Assembly (NCBI GenBank): GCA_964016885.1
Contig: OZ024760.1
Coordinates: forward strand, 19,840,001 to 19,904,000
Direction of reading: 5' to 3'
DNA: 64,000 nt
Source of the DNA: Eledone cirrhosa
Lineage: Eukaryota
The translations under genes were made by a program, and so were the position numbers. Numbering within the stretch: the first letter of the stretch is position 1; every line of letters begins with the position of its first letter. Positions 1 through 15,620 of the stretch are shown piece after piece. Below the pieces are notes generated by a model. The model had not been told where the DNA came from, did no database searches, and saw only the letters and a list, made by a program, of their open reading frames with translations.

Positions 1-247
1 TTTGTAACTGATACTCTTGTGAACACAACAAGAAGGACAAGATGGAGGAGCTGTGCCACTGACAATGACATTTTTGTCATTTATTGAAATATTTGGTGAT
101 GTTTGTATCCTTAACTATCAATCCCAAAAGGATAATAAGGCAAAGTTGCCATTGGCAGGATTTAATTTCAGAACATAGAAAGCTGGAATGAATACTGTTG
201 TAGGGGAAAACCCTGTACACCCCTGCATAACTGATAGTGGACTAAGC

Positions 248-490
248 CAGGCATGTCAAACATGTGGCCTGTGGGCCTCGTGTGGCCCTTTACAAGCACA
301 CCTGTGGCCCACACAAAGGTTTTTACAGTACGAGCATGTTTTATCTTGGTAACATTAGTTGTAATGTGCACGATTAGTTGTCATGTGTGGCCCTCAGACA
401 ACATATGTGACTCATGTGTGACTCATGTGGCCCTCAGACAACACGTGTGACCCATGTGGCCCTCAGGAGACCCTCAGTTTCACATGCCTG
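248..490. mobile_element. hAT (Charlie-like) non-autonomous MITE
   Basis: 14-bp TIRs caggcatgtcaaac / gtttcacatgcctg (1 mismatch); 8-bp flanks gactaagc / gtctaggt resemble a decayed NNCTAGNN hAT target duplication; internal repeats of tgtggccctcag. Confidence 0.7.
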
Positions 491-514
491 GTCTAGGTGA
501 AACATCTATCAATA

Positions 515-568
515 AATGTTTCTACTTTAGGCACAAGGCCAGCAATTTGAACAGAAAGAGGTGAGAGA

Positions 569-630
<62 letters not shown>

Positions 631-738
631 ATTTATATATATTTATATATATATATATTTATATATATATAAACTGGAATAAATACTGCCAGTCATTTTG
701 TCTAACACTCTAACATATCTACCAATTTGCTGCCTTAA
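515..738 (-). mobile_element. Degenerate SINE (family A) interrupted by a (TA)n tract
   Basis: tgtttctactttaggcacaaggccagcaatt matches the end of the full copy at 40744-40924; decayed head-like sequence follows the TA tract. Confidence 0.5.
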
Positions 739-942
739 GACTCAGGCAATTCACTTAACCAATAATTATTCACAGAATAATATTATATCATAAAGAGAAA
801 AAAAAAAACAAATGTTCGTTCGATATTTTCCACAAAAATTAGTCTTGCTTAATAAATCCATTTGAAGAGATTTCTGATTTTTGATATGAAATAACATATT
901 TTGGGATTAAATTGAATTGCGCGATATTTTGGTTTTTCTACC

Positions 943-1701
943 AGCTGCTGCTGTTGTTTTTGTTGTTGTTGTTGTTGCAGTTATTGTTGTAGAACTTGTT
1001 GTTGTTGTTGGAGTAGTTGTTGTTGTTGTGGTTGTTGTTGTTATTGCAGTTGTTATAGAAGTTATTGTAGTACTTATTATTGCAGTAGTTGATGTTGTTC
1101 TGGTTTGTTGTTGTTGTGACTGCTGCAAATGTTGTTGTAGAACTTGTTGTTGTAGAACTTGTTGTTGTTGTTGTTGTTCTGGTTGTTGTTGTTGTTGTTG
1201 CTGGAGTAGCTGTAGTTGTTGTGGTTGTTGTTGTAGAACTTGTTGTTGGAGTAGCTGTAGTTGTTGTGGTTGTTGTTGTTGTTCTGGTTTGTTGTTGTTG
1301 TTGTTGTTGTGGCTGCTGCAAATGTTGTTGTAGAACTTCTTGTTGTTGTTGTTGTTGGAGCAGCTGTAGTTGTTGTGGTTCTTGTTGTTGTTCTGGTTGT
1401 TGTTGTTGTTGTTGTTGTTGTTGTGGTGGTGGTGGTGGTTGCAGTAGTGGTTGTTGTTATTGCAGTAGTTATTGTAGTTGTTGTACATACTGCAGTAGTT
1501 GTTATTATAGTTGTTGTAGTTATTATTGGAGTAGTTGTTGCTGTTGTTGTTGTTGTTGTAGTTGTAGAAGTTATTCAGGTGGCTGTTGTAGTAGTTGTTG
1601 TAGTAGAGGCAGCTGTTACTGTAGTTATTGTAGTTGTAGTTATTATAGTTGTTGTAACTGTTGTTGTTGTAGTTATTCAAGTGGTTGTTGTTGTTGTTGT
1701 T
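943..1701. repeat. Compound (TTG/TAG)n trinucleotide repeat
   Basis: Near-continuous ttg/tag/tgc triplets; ORFs here are poly-V/C/N/Q/T artefacts. Confidence 0.9.
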
Positions 1702-1788
1702 GGAGTTTATTTTTTTATAATCTGCTACGGTTGTCAAGATCACTTAATGGATTATATCATCAATTGGCATTAAAACCAACAACCATAG

Positions 1789-2855
<1,067 letters not shown>

Positions 2856-2859
<4 letters not shown>

Positions 2860-3084
2860 TGTCAGTGAATGATATTTTTATTGTTCAGTAGAGAGAATTA
2901 GAGAGGATTTATGAGGTTTAGATAAAAAAAACTCCTGAGTTAAAAGAGTTCACTCAAGCCAGCCATGCCTATCATTATAAACAAATTAACTCAAAACTGT
3001 TTCATTCAGGAGTTTGTTTTATCTAAACCTCACAAATCCTCTCTAATTCTCTCTACTGAACAATAAAAATATCATTCACTGACA

Positions 3085-3088
<4 letters not shown>
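2856..3088. repeat. Long inverted repeat in a (TA)n tract (arms ~83 bp, spacer ~67 bp)
   Basis: 2856-2938 is the near-perfect reverse complement of 3006-3088; TA repeats on both sides. Confidence 0.9.
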
Positions 3089-3129
<41 letters not shown>

Positions 3130-3403
3130 TAAACACACATACACACAAACACACACACATGTATATCCAAATTATTAAACAAAATAAAATGACAGCCAAC
3201 CATCTCTTAATACCAGATTTGATTTCTTTCAAACTGATTTTTATTCAAACTGATATCTAACATCCAATAACTTTTATTTCCAAAATTTAACTCAAAATTT
3301 ACTCATATCTTATATTTTATTATTTCTACATTTGTCTTCCTTACATCATCGGATCTCCTCCACCTCCATCTACACACAACATCACCTCGGACCTCCTCTA
3401 TCT

Positions 3404-3917
3404 CCACACCACATCACATCAGATCTGCTCCATCTAAACACCACACCACATCACATCAGAACTGCTCCATCTATACACCACACCACATCACATCAGATCT
3501 GCTCCATCTAAACACCACACCACATCACATCAGATCTGCTCCATCTAAACACCACACCACATCACATCAGAACTGCTCCATCTATACACCACACCACATC
3601 ACATCAGATCTGCTCCATCTAAACACCACACCACATCACATCAGATCTGCTCCATCTAAACACCACACCACATCACATCAGAACTGCTCCATCTATACAC
3701 CACACCACATCACATCAGATCTGCTCCATCTAAACACCACACCACATCACATCAGAACTGCTCCATCTATACACCACACCACATCACATCAGATCTGCTC
3801 CATCTAAACACCACACCACATCACATCAGAACTGCTCCATCTAAACACCACACCACATCACATCAGATCTGCTCCATCTAAACACCACACCACATCACAT
3901 CAGAACTGCTCCATCTC
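3404..3917. repeat. 37-bp minisatellite, ~13-14 copies
   Basis: Unit accacaccacatcacatcaga(t/a)ctgctccatcta(a/t)ac. Confidence 0.95.
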
Positions 3918-3924
3918 CACATCA

Positions 3925-4192
3925 CCCCTTAAGGATGAAAGGCAAAGTCAACCTCGGCGGGATTTGAACTCAGACCGTAAAGGGACGTAACTATGCTGGA
4001 AAGCATGGCGTCCGACCCTCTACCGGTGAATAAAGAAATAATAATAATTGTTTCTACTTTTGGCACAAGGCCAGCAATTATTCCAGTGTATTACTGGTAC
4101 TTTATTTTATCGACCCCGTAAGGATGAAAGGCAAAGTTAACTTCGGTGGAATTTGAACTCAGACCGTAAAGGGACATAACTCTATGCTGGAA
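3925..4192 (-). mobile_element. Two partial SINE family A copies
   Basis: aaggatgaaaggcaaagt..cctcggcgggatttgaactcag occurs twice; reverse complement of 40744-40924. Confidence 0.85.
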
Positions 4193-4450
4193 TGAAATTT
4201 CTTATGTATCACAAAACATAATAAAATGAATCGGTTTTTTCGGGGGGGTGGGGGTCTATCACCCCCCCCCCACACACACACACACACACACACACTTTAG
4301 TAGTTCTCTAACATAATATTAACAATTATATATAGTGCTAATATATTACTTTACTACATTCCACTGAAATACACCAATACCAGACTGAAATAGTCAAAAA
4401 ATAGTATATAAATGGTACATAAATATCCTTAAGTGCATTAGATGTACCCC

Positions 4451-4468
4451 GTATATATACATATATAT

Positions 4469-4509
<41 letters not shown>

Positions 4510-4844
4510 CACATATACACTCACTCATACACATGCATACACACACACACACACACATACTTATACACACACATAAACACACACAGATTCATACACACAT
4601 ATATACTTATACATTTACACTCACTTATACACACACACAAACATACATACATTCATATACACAAACATACACACATATATACACACCTTCATATACACAT
4701 ACTCCCACACTGCTTGATCGAACAACTTTTCACTCAGTTCTTCAGAAGAGAAAAAAAACCTACAACACACCACATCCTATATATATACATAATTATATAC
4801 ATACATATATAAATATATATATACACACATATATATACATACAT

Positions 4845-4883
<39 letters not shown>

Positions 4884-4886
4884 CAT

Positions 4887-4929
<43 letters not shown>

Positions 4930-4940
4930 TATACATACAT

Positions 4941-4981
<41 letters not shown>

Positions 4982-4992
4982 TGTACATACAT

Positions 4993-5033
<41 letters not shown>

Positions 5034-5040
5034 CATACAT

Positions 5041-5085
<45 letters not shown>

Positions 5086-5199
5086 TACACACATATATAT
5101 TCACATGTATATATATATATATATATATACACACACATATATATACATACACACACACATACACACACACATATATTCACATATATATATATATACCCA

Positions 5200-5235
<36 letters not shown>

Positions 5236-5262
5236 CACACACACATATATATATATTCACAA

Positions 5263-5307
<45 letters not shown>

Positions 5308-5331
5308 TATATATATATATACACACACATT

Positions 5332-5363
<32 letters not shown>

Positions 5364-5493
5364 CTATATATATATACACTCACACAGAGCTTAGTTTTTA
5401 TCTTAACCTCTGTTTCTTTATTGGTAAACTTTTAGTGAGAGCGACATTATTTTTCTTATCACTTAAGTTAACTCCATTATATGTAGGAATGTG

Positions 5494-5526
<33 letters not shown>

Positions 5527-5591
5527 GTATATATATGTATATATATATATGTATATATATATATATGTATATATATGTATATATATATATG

Positions 5592-5623
<32 letters not shown>

Positions 5624-5649
5624 CATATATTTATTTATATACATAAATA

Positions 5650-5711
<62 letters not shown>

Positions 5712-5818
5712 CATACACACACACACACATGCTTATATATATATATATATTTGTATACAAGTATATATATATATATATGTATATATAACTCCATTATATG
5801 TAGGAATGTGTATGTATA

Positions 5819-5902
<84 letters not shown>

Positions 5903-6052
5903 CATATATATATATACATATATATATATACATATATATATATACATATATACATATATATATATACATATATATATATACATATTTATATATATATATA
6001 TATATACATATATATATACATATTTATACATATATATATATATATACATATT

Positions 6053-6096
<44 letters not shown>

Positions 6097-6105
6097 CATA
6101 TTTAT

Positions 6106-6139
<34 letters not shown>

Positions 6140-6168
6140 ATATATACATATTTATATATATACATATT

Positions 6169-6200
<32 letters not shown>

Positions 6201-6217
6201 CATATTTATATACATAA

Positions 6218-6289
<72 letters not shown>

Positions 6290-6445
6290 ATACAAGTATA
6301 TACATATATATATATATATACATACATATATACATATATATATACATATAAACATATATATATATACATATATATACATATATATACATACATACATATA
6401 TATACATACATACATATATATATATATATGCATATAATTAGACAT
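4451..6445. repeat. Compound (TA)n/(CA)n microsatellite field
   Basis: Seen directly. Confidence 0.95.
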
Positions 6446-8068
6446 ATATATACACCACACACACAGCTAAGCAAATTCTGTGAAAATACCAGATTGGGAT
6501 CACTCAGAGCATTAGATCAGTCATAATAATAATAATAATTACAATAATAACAACAACTGCAATAACAGAAATAACAACAACAACAACTACAACAACAACT
6601 GCAACAACAACAACAACAACAACAGTAAAAGCCTATTTATTGATCCAAATTTTCAGATGTTATATATTTTTTCCTAGAAATCTGTTGATGAGGGTATTAA
6701 GGTGATGATGGGGGTGGGGTGACAGTGGGGGGTGGAGGATGACAGCGGGGTGGTGATGGTGGGTTGTTGTGGTGACAGTGGGGAGTGGTGGGGTGTTGTG
6801 GTGACAGTGAGAGGGCGTGTAGTGATGACAGTGGGCTGGAGGGGGTGTTAAGGTGATGAAGGGCAGTGGGGGGGTAGTGGTGTTATGGGGACAATGGAGG
6901 GTGGTGGGGTAGGTGAAGGGGAGGTGTTACAGGAGGGGTTGTTACAGGACAGGGGTGATAAGAAATAGTTTCTTCCAAGGAATTCTCTACTTTCACTTTC
7001 GATTCCATATGTGGGCGGGGCAGAAGGGGAAAAATACAATTTATTTATCATACTTCATTTCTTAAATTTTGGTTGCTTTTTGTTTTTGTTTTGTTTTTTG
7101 TAGTTTTTTTTGGGGGGGGGGGGATGCTTGTTTTTATTTTGCTGTTGATTTTTTTTTGGGGGGGGGGAGAGAAAAAAGAGTTGTTTTTTTTTTCTTTTGT
7201 TAAATTCTGTTAAATTTTGGTTATTTTTTTGTTTTAGTTTTGTTTTTTGTAGTTAATATTTTGGAGGGGGGCTGTTTTGTTTGCTTGTTTTTTTCTTTTG
7301 TTGTCGTTTTTTGGGGGGTGGAGGGGGGTAGGGAGTGTTTTTAGTTTTTTTCTTTTGTTCTTGTTGGGGGGGGGGGGTATAGGGCTGATTTGTTTGACTG
7401 TCTTTTTATTTCCTTTTCTTGTTGTTGTTTCTAAAACCAGTTAAGTTCCATTTTGATAAAAAAAAAAAAGATTTGGTGAGTGTTAAGTAATGAAGATAGA
7501 GAGATATTGATTGGGGAGGGGACAGATAAGACAGCTGTTGGGGGGGGGGGATGAAGGAGACTTGTGAGTTCTGGGGGGGTAGTGGAGATGAATGGGGGTA
7601 GAGGGGGAGAAGAGGGGCGGGGGAGGAAGAAGGGGGAGGTGGGGGGAGAGGAAGCAGAGGTGGCAGAATGGAAGATGTCGGGGAGGGGGAGGGAGGAGGG
7701 GGGGGGGGGGGGGGTAAATAAATCAATCAGTGATGTTGACAGTAAGCTATTTCTTTTAGGAGGGAAAAGTGGAGAAGATGAGGAAGAATGAGAGGAGGAG
7801 GAGGGGGGCAGGAGGAGCAGGAGGGTCGTTTTAATTTTTTTGTTTCCGCAAGACTCCCCCGCCCCACCACCACCATCCCTACCTCCAACACCCCACCACC
7901 CCTACATCCCCCACCCCACCACCACCACCCCTACCTCCACCACCTCCACCTTACCTCCCCCACCCCACCACCACCACCACCCCTACCTCCACCCACTACC
8001 CCACACATCGCTACCGATTCTTCAAAATCTAAGTGAATCGTTAATAAAAACTATATAGTAAAGTACTA

Positions 8069-8143
<75 letters not shown>

Positions 8144-8499
8144 TATCTCCTTCTCTGTCTCTCTCTCACTCAGTAATGTTTATTATATTGACTAACAACT
8201 CTACAAATTTGTCCCACCTCACCCGCTATCCCGTTCCTTCCTCCTTTATTTATATATCATTTATATATCATTTATATATTATTTATATATCATTTTATCT
8301 TAACACAACATTAACGTTGTTTCAAACTTACATAGCCTTATGTTCCAGAAACCAGTTGACTTTGTTGATTGATATTCATTGATGTCTTATAGATTGGAAC
8401 TGAACAGAATCAATAGAACTGGTAAGTTAAACCGGTGCTGGAATAGACAACCATTGATGGCTTTAGTGAGTGTTTGGGTTGAGATATGGTCGTACTTTA

Positions 8500-9015
8500 G
8501 TGTGGGAATTGGGGCAAATATTGGTGGTTTAGTGAGAGGGTATGTGTGGGCAAACATTGGTGGTTTGGTGAGGGTAAATTTGGGCAAACATTGGTGGTTT
8601 AGTGAGGGTAAAATGTGGGCAAACATTGGTGGTTTCGTAAGAGTATGTGTGGGCAAATATTGATGGTTCATTGAATGTAAATGTGGGCAAACATTGGGGG
8701 TTTAGTGAGGGTAAGTGTGGGCAAACATTGGTGGTTTAGGAATGACAAATGTGGGCATACATTGGTGGTTTAGTGAGGGTAAATTTGGGCAAACATTGGT
8801 GGTTTAGTGAGGGTAAAATGTGGGCAAACATTGGTGGTTTCGTAAGAGTATGTGTGGGCAAATATTGATGGTTCATTGAATGTAAATGTGGGCAAACATT
8901 GGGGGTTTAGTGAGGGTAAGTGTGGGCAAACATTGGTGGTTTAGTGATGACAAATGTGGGCAAATATTGGTGGTTTAGTGAGGGTAAATGTGGGCAAATA
9001 TTGGTGGTTTAGTGA
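8500..9015. repeat. ~34-36-bp minisatellite
   Basis: Unit approx. tgtgggcaaacattggtggtttagtgagggtaaa; a larger block duplication is superimposed. Confidence 0.9.
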
Positions 9016-9062
9016 AGATATATGCATATATATATATGTGTATGTGTGTATGTATATGTATA

Positions 9063-9102
<40 letters not shown>

Positions 9103-9107
<5 letters not shown>

Positions 9108-9300
9108 AATGAGTAGGACCCCGACGGCTGACTCAAGCCGTTTCGATGGCTAATTCTGGACTAGTCCAGAATTAGCCGTCGAAACGGCTTGAGCTCAGCC
9201 GTCGGGGTCCTACTCGTTCCTATTACCCACTCTACTACTCCCTAAGTATTGAGTACTTTGGTGCGTTATGGACCATCTGGTTCCTTACCACATTTCCTTC
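9103..9300. mobile_element. Palindromic non-coding element in (TA)n: 121-bp loopless palindrome plus tail
   Basis: 9103-9162 vs 9163-9223 are reverse complements (2 mismatches, 1 indel), centre ggact|agtcc; tail 9230-9300 recurs inverted at 19760-19830; related pieces at 47070-47110. Confidence 0.75.
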
Positions 9301-9356
<56 letters not shown>

Positions 9357-9555
9357 TACATACGTACATACACATATACAGAAAAAGACTTAAAGCAAAG
9401 AAAATTATATTTTAATTTCACTTTTTAATCTTCAACTCAATTTCCCAGATTATAGAAAATATATATCAAAGAATTCTTGTATTATTTGTCTTTCTTATCT
9501 CAATATACAGACAAACTAACACAACAACAACAACAACAACAACAACAGCAATATT

Positions 9556-10856
9556 AGCTAAGCCATCACTACAATAACAGCAAAACCTCCATTATTACAC
9601 CACCAACCACAACAACAATAGCTAAGGCATCACCATCACCACTACCACACCAACAATAACTAAGCCATCACCACCACCACCAAAAGCTAAGCCATCACCA
9701 CCACCACCATCACCACTATCACCACGACCACAACAGCTAAACCACTACCACAACAACAACACCAGCAACAGCTAAAGCACCACCACCACCACCATCACAC
9801 CAACAACAGCTAAACCATCACCACCAACACTAACAACTGCAATAGCTAAGCCATCACCAACACCAACAACAATAGCTAAGCCATCACCAACACTAACAAC
9901 TACAATAGTTAAGCCATCACCAACAACAACAGCTAAGCCATCACCAACACCAACAACAATAGCTAAACCATCACCAACACCAACAACAATAGTTAAGCCA
10001 TCACCAACACCAACAACAATAGCTAAGCCATCACCAACACTAACAACTACAATAGTTAAGCCATCACCAACACCAACAACAACAGCTAAGCCATCACCAA
10101 CACCAACAACAATAGCTAAACCATCACCAACACCAACAACAATAGTTAAGCCATCACCAACACCAACAACAATAGCTAAACCATCACCAACACCAACAAC
10201 AATAGCTAAACCATCACCAACACCAACAACACCAGCTAAGCCATCACCAACACCAACGACAATAGCTAAGCCATCACCAACACCAACAACAATAGCTAAA
10301 CCATCACCAACAACACCAGCTAAGCCATCACCAACAACACCAGCTAAACCATCACCAACACCAACAACAACAGCTAAGCCATCACCAACACCAACAAAAA
10401 TAGCTAAGCCATCACCAACACCAACAGCTAAACCATCACCAACACCAACAACAACAGCTAAACCATCACCAACACAAACAACAATAGCTAAGCCATCACC
10501 AACACCAACAACACCAGCTAAACCATCACCAACACCAACAGCTAAGCCATCACCAACACCAACAACAATAGCTAAGCCATCACCAACACCAACAACAACA
10601 GCTAAGCCATCACCAACACCAACAACAATAGCTAAACCATCACCAACACCAACAACAATAGCTAAACCATCACCATCACCAACAACAACAGCTAAACCAT
10701 CACCAACACCAACAACAATAGCTAAGCCATCACCAACACCAACAACACCAGCTAAGCCATCACCAACACCAACAACAATAGCTAAGCCATCACCAACACC
10801 AACAACAATAGCTAAGCCATCATCAACACCAACAACAATAGCTAAGCCATCACCAC
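9556..10856. repeat. ~30-bp minisatellite
   Basis: Unit agctaa(g/a)ccatcaccaacaccaacaacaat, ~40 copies. Confidence 0.95.
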
Positions 10857-11141
10857 TACAAGTTTTAAATATAAGATATTTTCTATATTGTTAGTCTATG
10901 ACAAAAGCTTTTGTCAAAAAAGAATGTTTTAATACAAAAACAGCCAAAAGGAATTTTCTTTGAAAAGAAAAAATAATTTTTTAAAGTAATTTAGAGAATT
11001 TTAAACTTTAAATTAATTATTTATAATTTCTATCGCAATTGAAGGACAATGAGTCTGTTTTATGTTGGTTATAGTTCTTTAAGAACAGGCTAATAACTAG
11101 ATTACTGCATTTCTGATTATACAGCGATGAAATGCACCTAC

Positions 11142-12500
11142 TACACTCTGTAAAGTGGTTGTGCTGATGACATGATAAAATACACCCAGTACACTCTGTA
11201 AAGAGGTAGTGCTGGTGCCATGATAAAATACATCCAGTACACTCTGTAAAGTGGTTGTGCTGATGACATGATAAAATACACCCAGTACACTCTGTAAAGT
11301 GGTAGTGCTGGTGCCATGATAAAATACACCCAGTACACTCTGTAAAGTGGTAGTGCTGATGACATGATAAAATACACCCAGTACACTCTGTAAAGAGGTA
11401 GTGCTGATGACATGATAAAATACACCCAGTACACTCTGTAAAGTGGTAGTGCTGGTGCCATGATAAAATACACCCAGTACACTCTGTAAAGTGGTAGTGC
11501 TGGTGCCATGATAAAATACACCCAGTACACTCTGTAAAGTGGTAGTGCTGGTGCCATGATAAAATACACCCAGTACACTCTGTAAAGTGGTAGTGCTGAT
11601 GACATGATAAAATACACCCAGTACACTCTGTAAAGTGGTAGTGCTGATGACATGATAAAATACACCCAGTACACTCTGTAAAGAGGTAGTGCTGATGACA
11701 TGATAAAATACACCCAGTACACTCTGTAAAGTGGTAGTGCTGGTGCCATGATAAAATACACCCAGTACACTCTGTAAAGTGGTAGTGCTGGTGCCATGAT
11801 AAAATACACCCAGTACACTCTGTAAAGTGGTAGTGCTGGTGCCATGATAAAATACACCCAGTACACTCTGTAAAGTGGTAGTGCTGGTGACATGATAAAA
11901 TACACCCAGTACACTCTGTAAAGTGGTAGTGCTGGTGCCATGATAAAAATACACCCAGTACACTCTGTAAAGTGGTAGTGCTGGTGCCATGATAAAATAC
12001 ACCCAGTACACTCTGTAAAGTGGTAGTGCTGGTGCCATGATAAAATACACCCAGTACACTCTGTAAAGTGGTAGTGCTGATGACATGATAAAATACACCC
12101 AGTACACTCTGTAAAGTGGTTGTGCTGATGACATGATAAAATACACCCAGTACACTCTGTAAAGTGATAGTGCTGGTGCCATGATAAAATACACCCAGTA
12201 CACTCTGTAAAGTGGTAGTGCTGATGACATGATAAAATACACCCAGTACACTCTGTAAAGTGGTAGTGCTGATGACATGATAAAATACACCCAGTACACT
12301 CTGTAAAGTGGTAGTGCTGATGACATGATAAAATACACCCAGTACACTCTGTAAAGTGGTAGTGCTGGTGCCATGATAAAATACACCCAGTACACTCTGT
12401 AAAGTGGTAGTGCTGGTGCCATGATAAAATACACCCAGTACACTCTGTAAAGTGGTAGTGCTGGTGCCATGATAAAATACACCCTGTACACTCTGTAATG
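11142..12500. repeat. 48-bp minisatellite (~28 copies) related to a SINE-internal module
   Basis: Unit cagtacactctgtaaagtggtagtgctg(gtgc/atga)catgataaaatacacc; homologous to the 49-bp units at 36412-36965 and 43530-44277. Confidence 0.95.
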
Positions 12501-12694
12501 TTGAAATACAGGTGCCACTATAAAAAACGCTTTTCTCACTGTATTTATCATGAAATACATACGACTTCAATTGATTAATGAAGAATTTTGAGGTATTTGC
12601 TAAAATTATTAATTATATCATTACTATGATAGTAACTTAACACACGGTTCTTGCATAAAATTGCATTGTAAGATTTTCATTTAAATAGGAACCA

Positions 12695-12985
12695 TGTTGG
12701 ATGTTCAATGTAAGTGTGAGAGAAAGGCAGAGTTTGGACGAGATGAGAGAGAAGCTGGGCTTAAGGGGAATTAGAGGTGGTGTGCAGGACAGAAGACTGC
12801 ACTGGTATGGACATGTGATGTGCATGGACAATGAGCAATGGGTGAACAATTACCAAGAAATCCCAGTGGAAGGAAGCCGTGGTAGCAGACAACCAAGAAA
12901 GGCCTGGGCAGAGGTTGTGAGAGCTGATCTCAAATATCTGAGACTGGCAGAGGAGATGACAAAGGAACATAACAAGTGGAAGGGG
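12695..12985 (+). mobile_element. RTE-clade LINE fragment (ORF C-terminal region)
   Basis: Translates to ..REKLGLRGIR..RRLHWYGHVMCM..EGSRGSRQPRKAWAEVVRADLK.., typical RTE C-terminal motifs (LxWxGHV, GRPRKxW). Confidence 0.85.
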
Positions 12986-13009
12986 TAAATTATTCAGGAT
13001 CTGAGAGTA

Positions 13010-14232
13010 GCAGTATAGAGTTAGGAATAGAAGTACAATGATTTAGTGGAATAATGGAATGACTTGGTATATGTAGTAATATAGAGTTAGGAATAGAAGT
13101 ACAATGGTTTAGTGGAATAATGGAATGACTTAGTATATCTGGCAGTATATAGATAAGAATAAAAGTACAATGGTTTAGTGGAATAACAGTATGACTCGGT
13201 GTATGTAGTAATATAGAGATAGGAATAAAAGTACAATGGTTTAGTGGAATAACAGTATGACTTGGTGTATGTAGTAATATAGAGTTAGGAATAGAAGTAC
13301 AATGGTTTAGTGGAATAATGGAATGACTTAGTATATCTGGCAGTATATAGATAAGAATAAAAGTACAATAGTTTAGTGGAATAACAGTATGACTCGGTGT
13401 ATGTAGTAATATAGAGATAGGAATAAAAGTACAATGGTTTAGTGGAATAACAGTATGACTTGGTATATGTAGTAATATAGAGTTAGGAATAGAAGTACAA
13501 TGGTTTAGTGGAATAATGGAATGACTTAGTATATCTGGCAGTATATAGATAAGAATAAAAGTACAATGGTTTAGTGGAATAACAGTATGACTCGGTGTAT
13601 GTAGTAATATAGAGATAGGAATAAAAGTACAATGGTTTAGTGGAATAACAGTATGACTTGGTGTATGTAGTAATATAGAGATAGGAATAAAAGTACAATG
13701 GTTTAGTGGAATAATGGAATGACTTAGTATATCTAGCAGTATATAGATAAGAATAAAAGTACAATGGTTTAGTGGAATAACAGTATGACTTGGTGTATGT
13801 AGTAATATAGAGATAGGAATAAAAGTACAATGGTTTAGTGGAATAACAGTATGACTTGGTGTATGTAGTAATATAGAGATAGGAATAAAAGTACAATGGT
13901 TTAGTGGAATAATGGAATGACTTAGTATATCTAGCAGTATATAGATAAGAATAAAAGTACAATGGTTTAGTGGAATAACAGTATGACTCGGTGTATGTAG
14001 TAATATAGAGATAGGAATAAAAGTACAATGGTTTAGTGGAATAACAGTATGACTTGGTGTATGTAGTAATATAGAGATAGGAATAAAAGTACAATGGTTT
14101 AGTGGAATAATGGAATGACTTAGTATATCTAGCAGTATATAGATAAGAATAAAAGTACAATGGTTTAGTGGAATAACAGTATGACTTGGTGTATGTAGTA
14201 ATATAGAGATAGGAATAAAAGTACAATGGTTT
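13010..14232. repeat. 66-bp minisatellite with 198-bp (3-mer) higher-order structure
   Basis: gtacaat every 66 bp from 13033 to 14221; one variant recurs at 13099, 13297, 13495, 13693, 13891 and 14089. Confidence 0.95.
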
Positions 14233-14531
14233 AGCAGAATGATGGAATGGTTTGATAACCTGATATATCGAGCTTCAATATCAACAGATGTTCTTATAAG
14301 AATGAAAGACAGCCAAAAGAATGAGACACATACACATGTGTGTGTGTATATATATATATATACATGTGTATATATATATATATATATATATACAGAGAGA
14401 AAGACACACACACTTATATATAGAGAGAAAGAGAGAGAGAGAGAAAGAGAGAAAAAAACACAGACACACATATAAAGAGGGAGACACACACACAAACATA
14501 TATATATATATATATTATGATGATGATATAA

Positions 14532-14628
<97 letters not shown>

Positions 14629-15471
14629 CTCATATATAGAGAGAGGAAGAAACAGAAACAGATAAGGAGAGATGAAACGAAAGAGAGAAAACCAAGCAAG
14701 AGGTGGGGGGGGATACACAGAGATGAGGGGGGGGGGGTAGAATTGGTATTGTGTTTCTATAGACAGTAAGTAGATGTAGTGAGTGTATATATAAGAGGTG
14801 AGATGCCCTATCAGACAGTTTAAACAATACATAGACTGTATATATATATGTATATATATGTGCGTACATTTCTATATATATATACACACACACATATATA
14901 TACATATATACATACGTATATATATATATATGCGCACACATATATATATATACATACATATATAAACATATATATATATATATATATACATATATATACA
15001 TATATTTATATACATATATACATATATACATACATATACACACATATATACACATATACATACATACATATACACACATATATACACATATACATACATA
15101 TATATATATATACATACATATACATATATATATACATATATATACATATATATATACATATAAATATATACAAATATATATACATACATATATATACACA
15201 TATATATAGATATATATATATACACTCACACATATCTATATATACATCATTGATTCTGTTAATACAATATACACTCTACAACAAAAGATGTAGATTATGT
15301 GAAGATGTAGATGAGTTCAGATATTTAATCACTGTTAATATAGGCAACTATTGAACCTGGTGACTATATCACTTGAGATGATATATATACATGTGTGTGG
15401 CAGGGTGTATATATGTGAGTGTGTACATATATATACATGTGTGTTTCGGTGTATAAATATATATATATAAT

Positions 15472-15620
15472 GGAGGCACATGGCTTAGTTGTTAGAGCAT
15501 TGGCCTTGCAATCGAAAGGTTGTGAGTTCAACCCTCAGAACTGGGAACTTTTTACCGTGTTACCTACACGGCCACATTACAGCGTGGACCGTGTGTGTTT
15601 TTTTTGTCGTGACACCTACA
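15472..15620 (+). mobile_element. SINE family B tRNA-like head fused to an inverted 49-bp-module fragment
   Basis: ggaggcacatggcttag..gagttcaa head as at 52269, then actgggaactttttaccgtg.. matching the reverse complement of the 24631 array. Confidence 0.7.

Noticed and set aside
4715-4750. CUGAAGA..GAAA on the minus strand as a hammerhead
   Set aside because: Stem II only 2 bp and no stem I pairing
6700-8010. G-rich and C-rich tracts as functional G-quadruplexes
   Set aside because: Generic low-complexity sequence with no specific evidence of function
11165-12330. CTGATGA in a subset of the 48-bp units as possible hammerheads
   Set aside because: No downstream GAAA..UH and no stems I/II
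11017-12570. 517/487-aa repeat ORFs and CRISPR-like regularity
   Set aside because: 48-bp tandem repeat with no unique spacers and no cas genes in eukaryotic context; the frame switches at a 1-bp indel
12990-14699. 569-aa His/Cys repeat protein
   Set aside because: 66-bp satellite joined to microsatellites; no credible start or splice context
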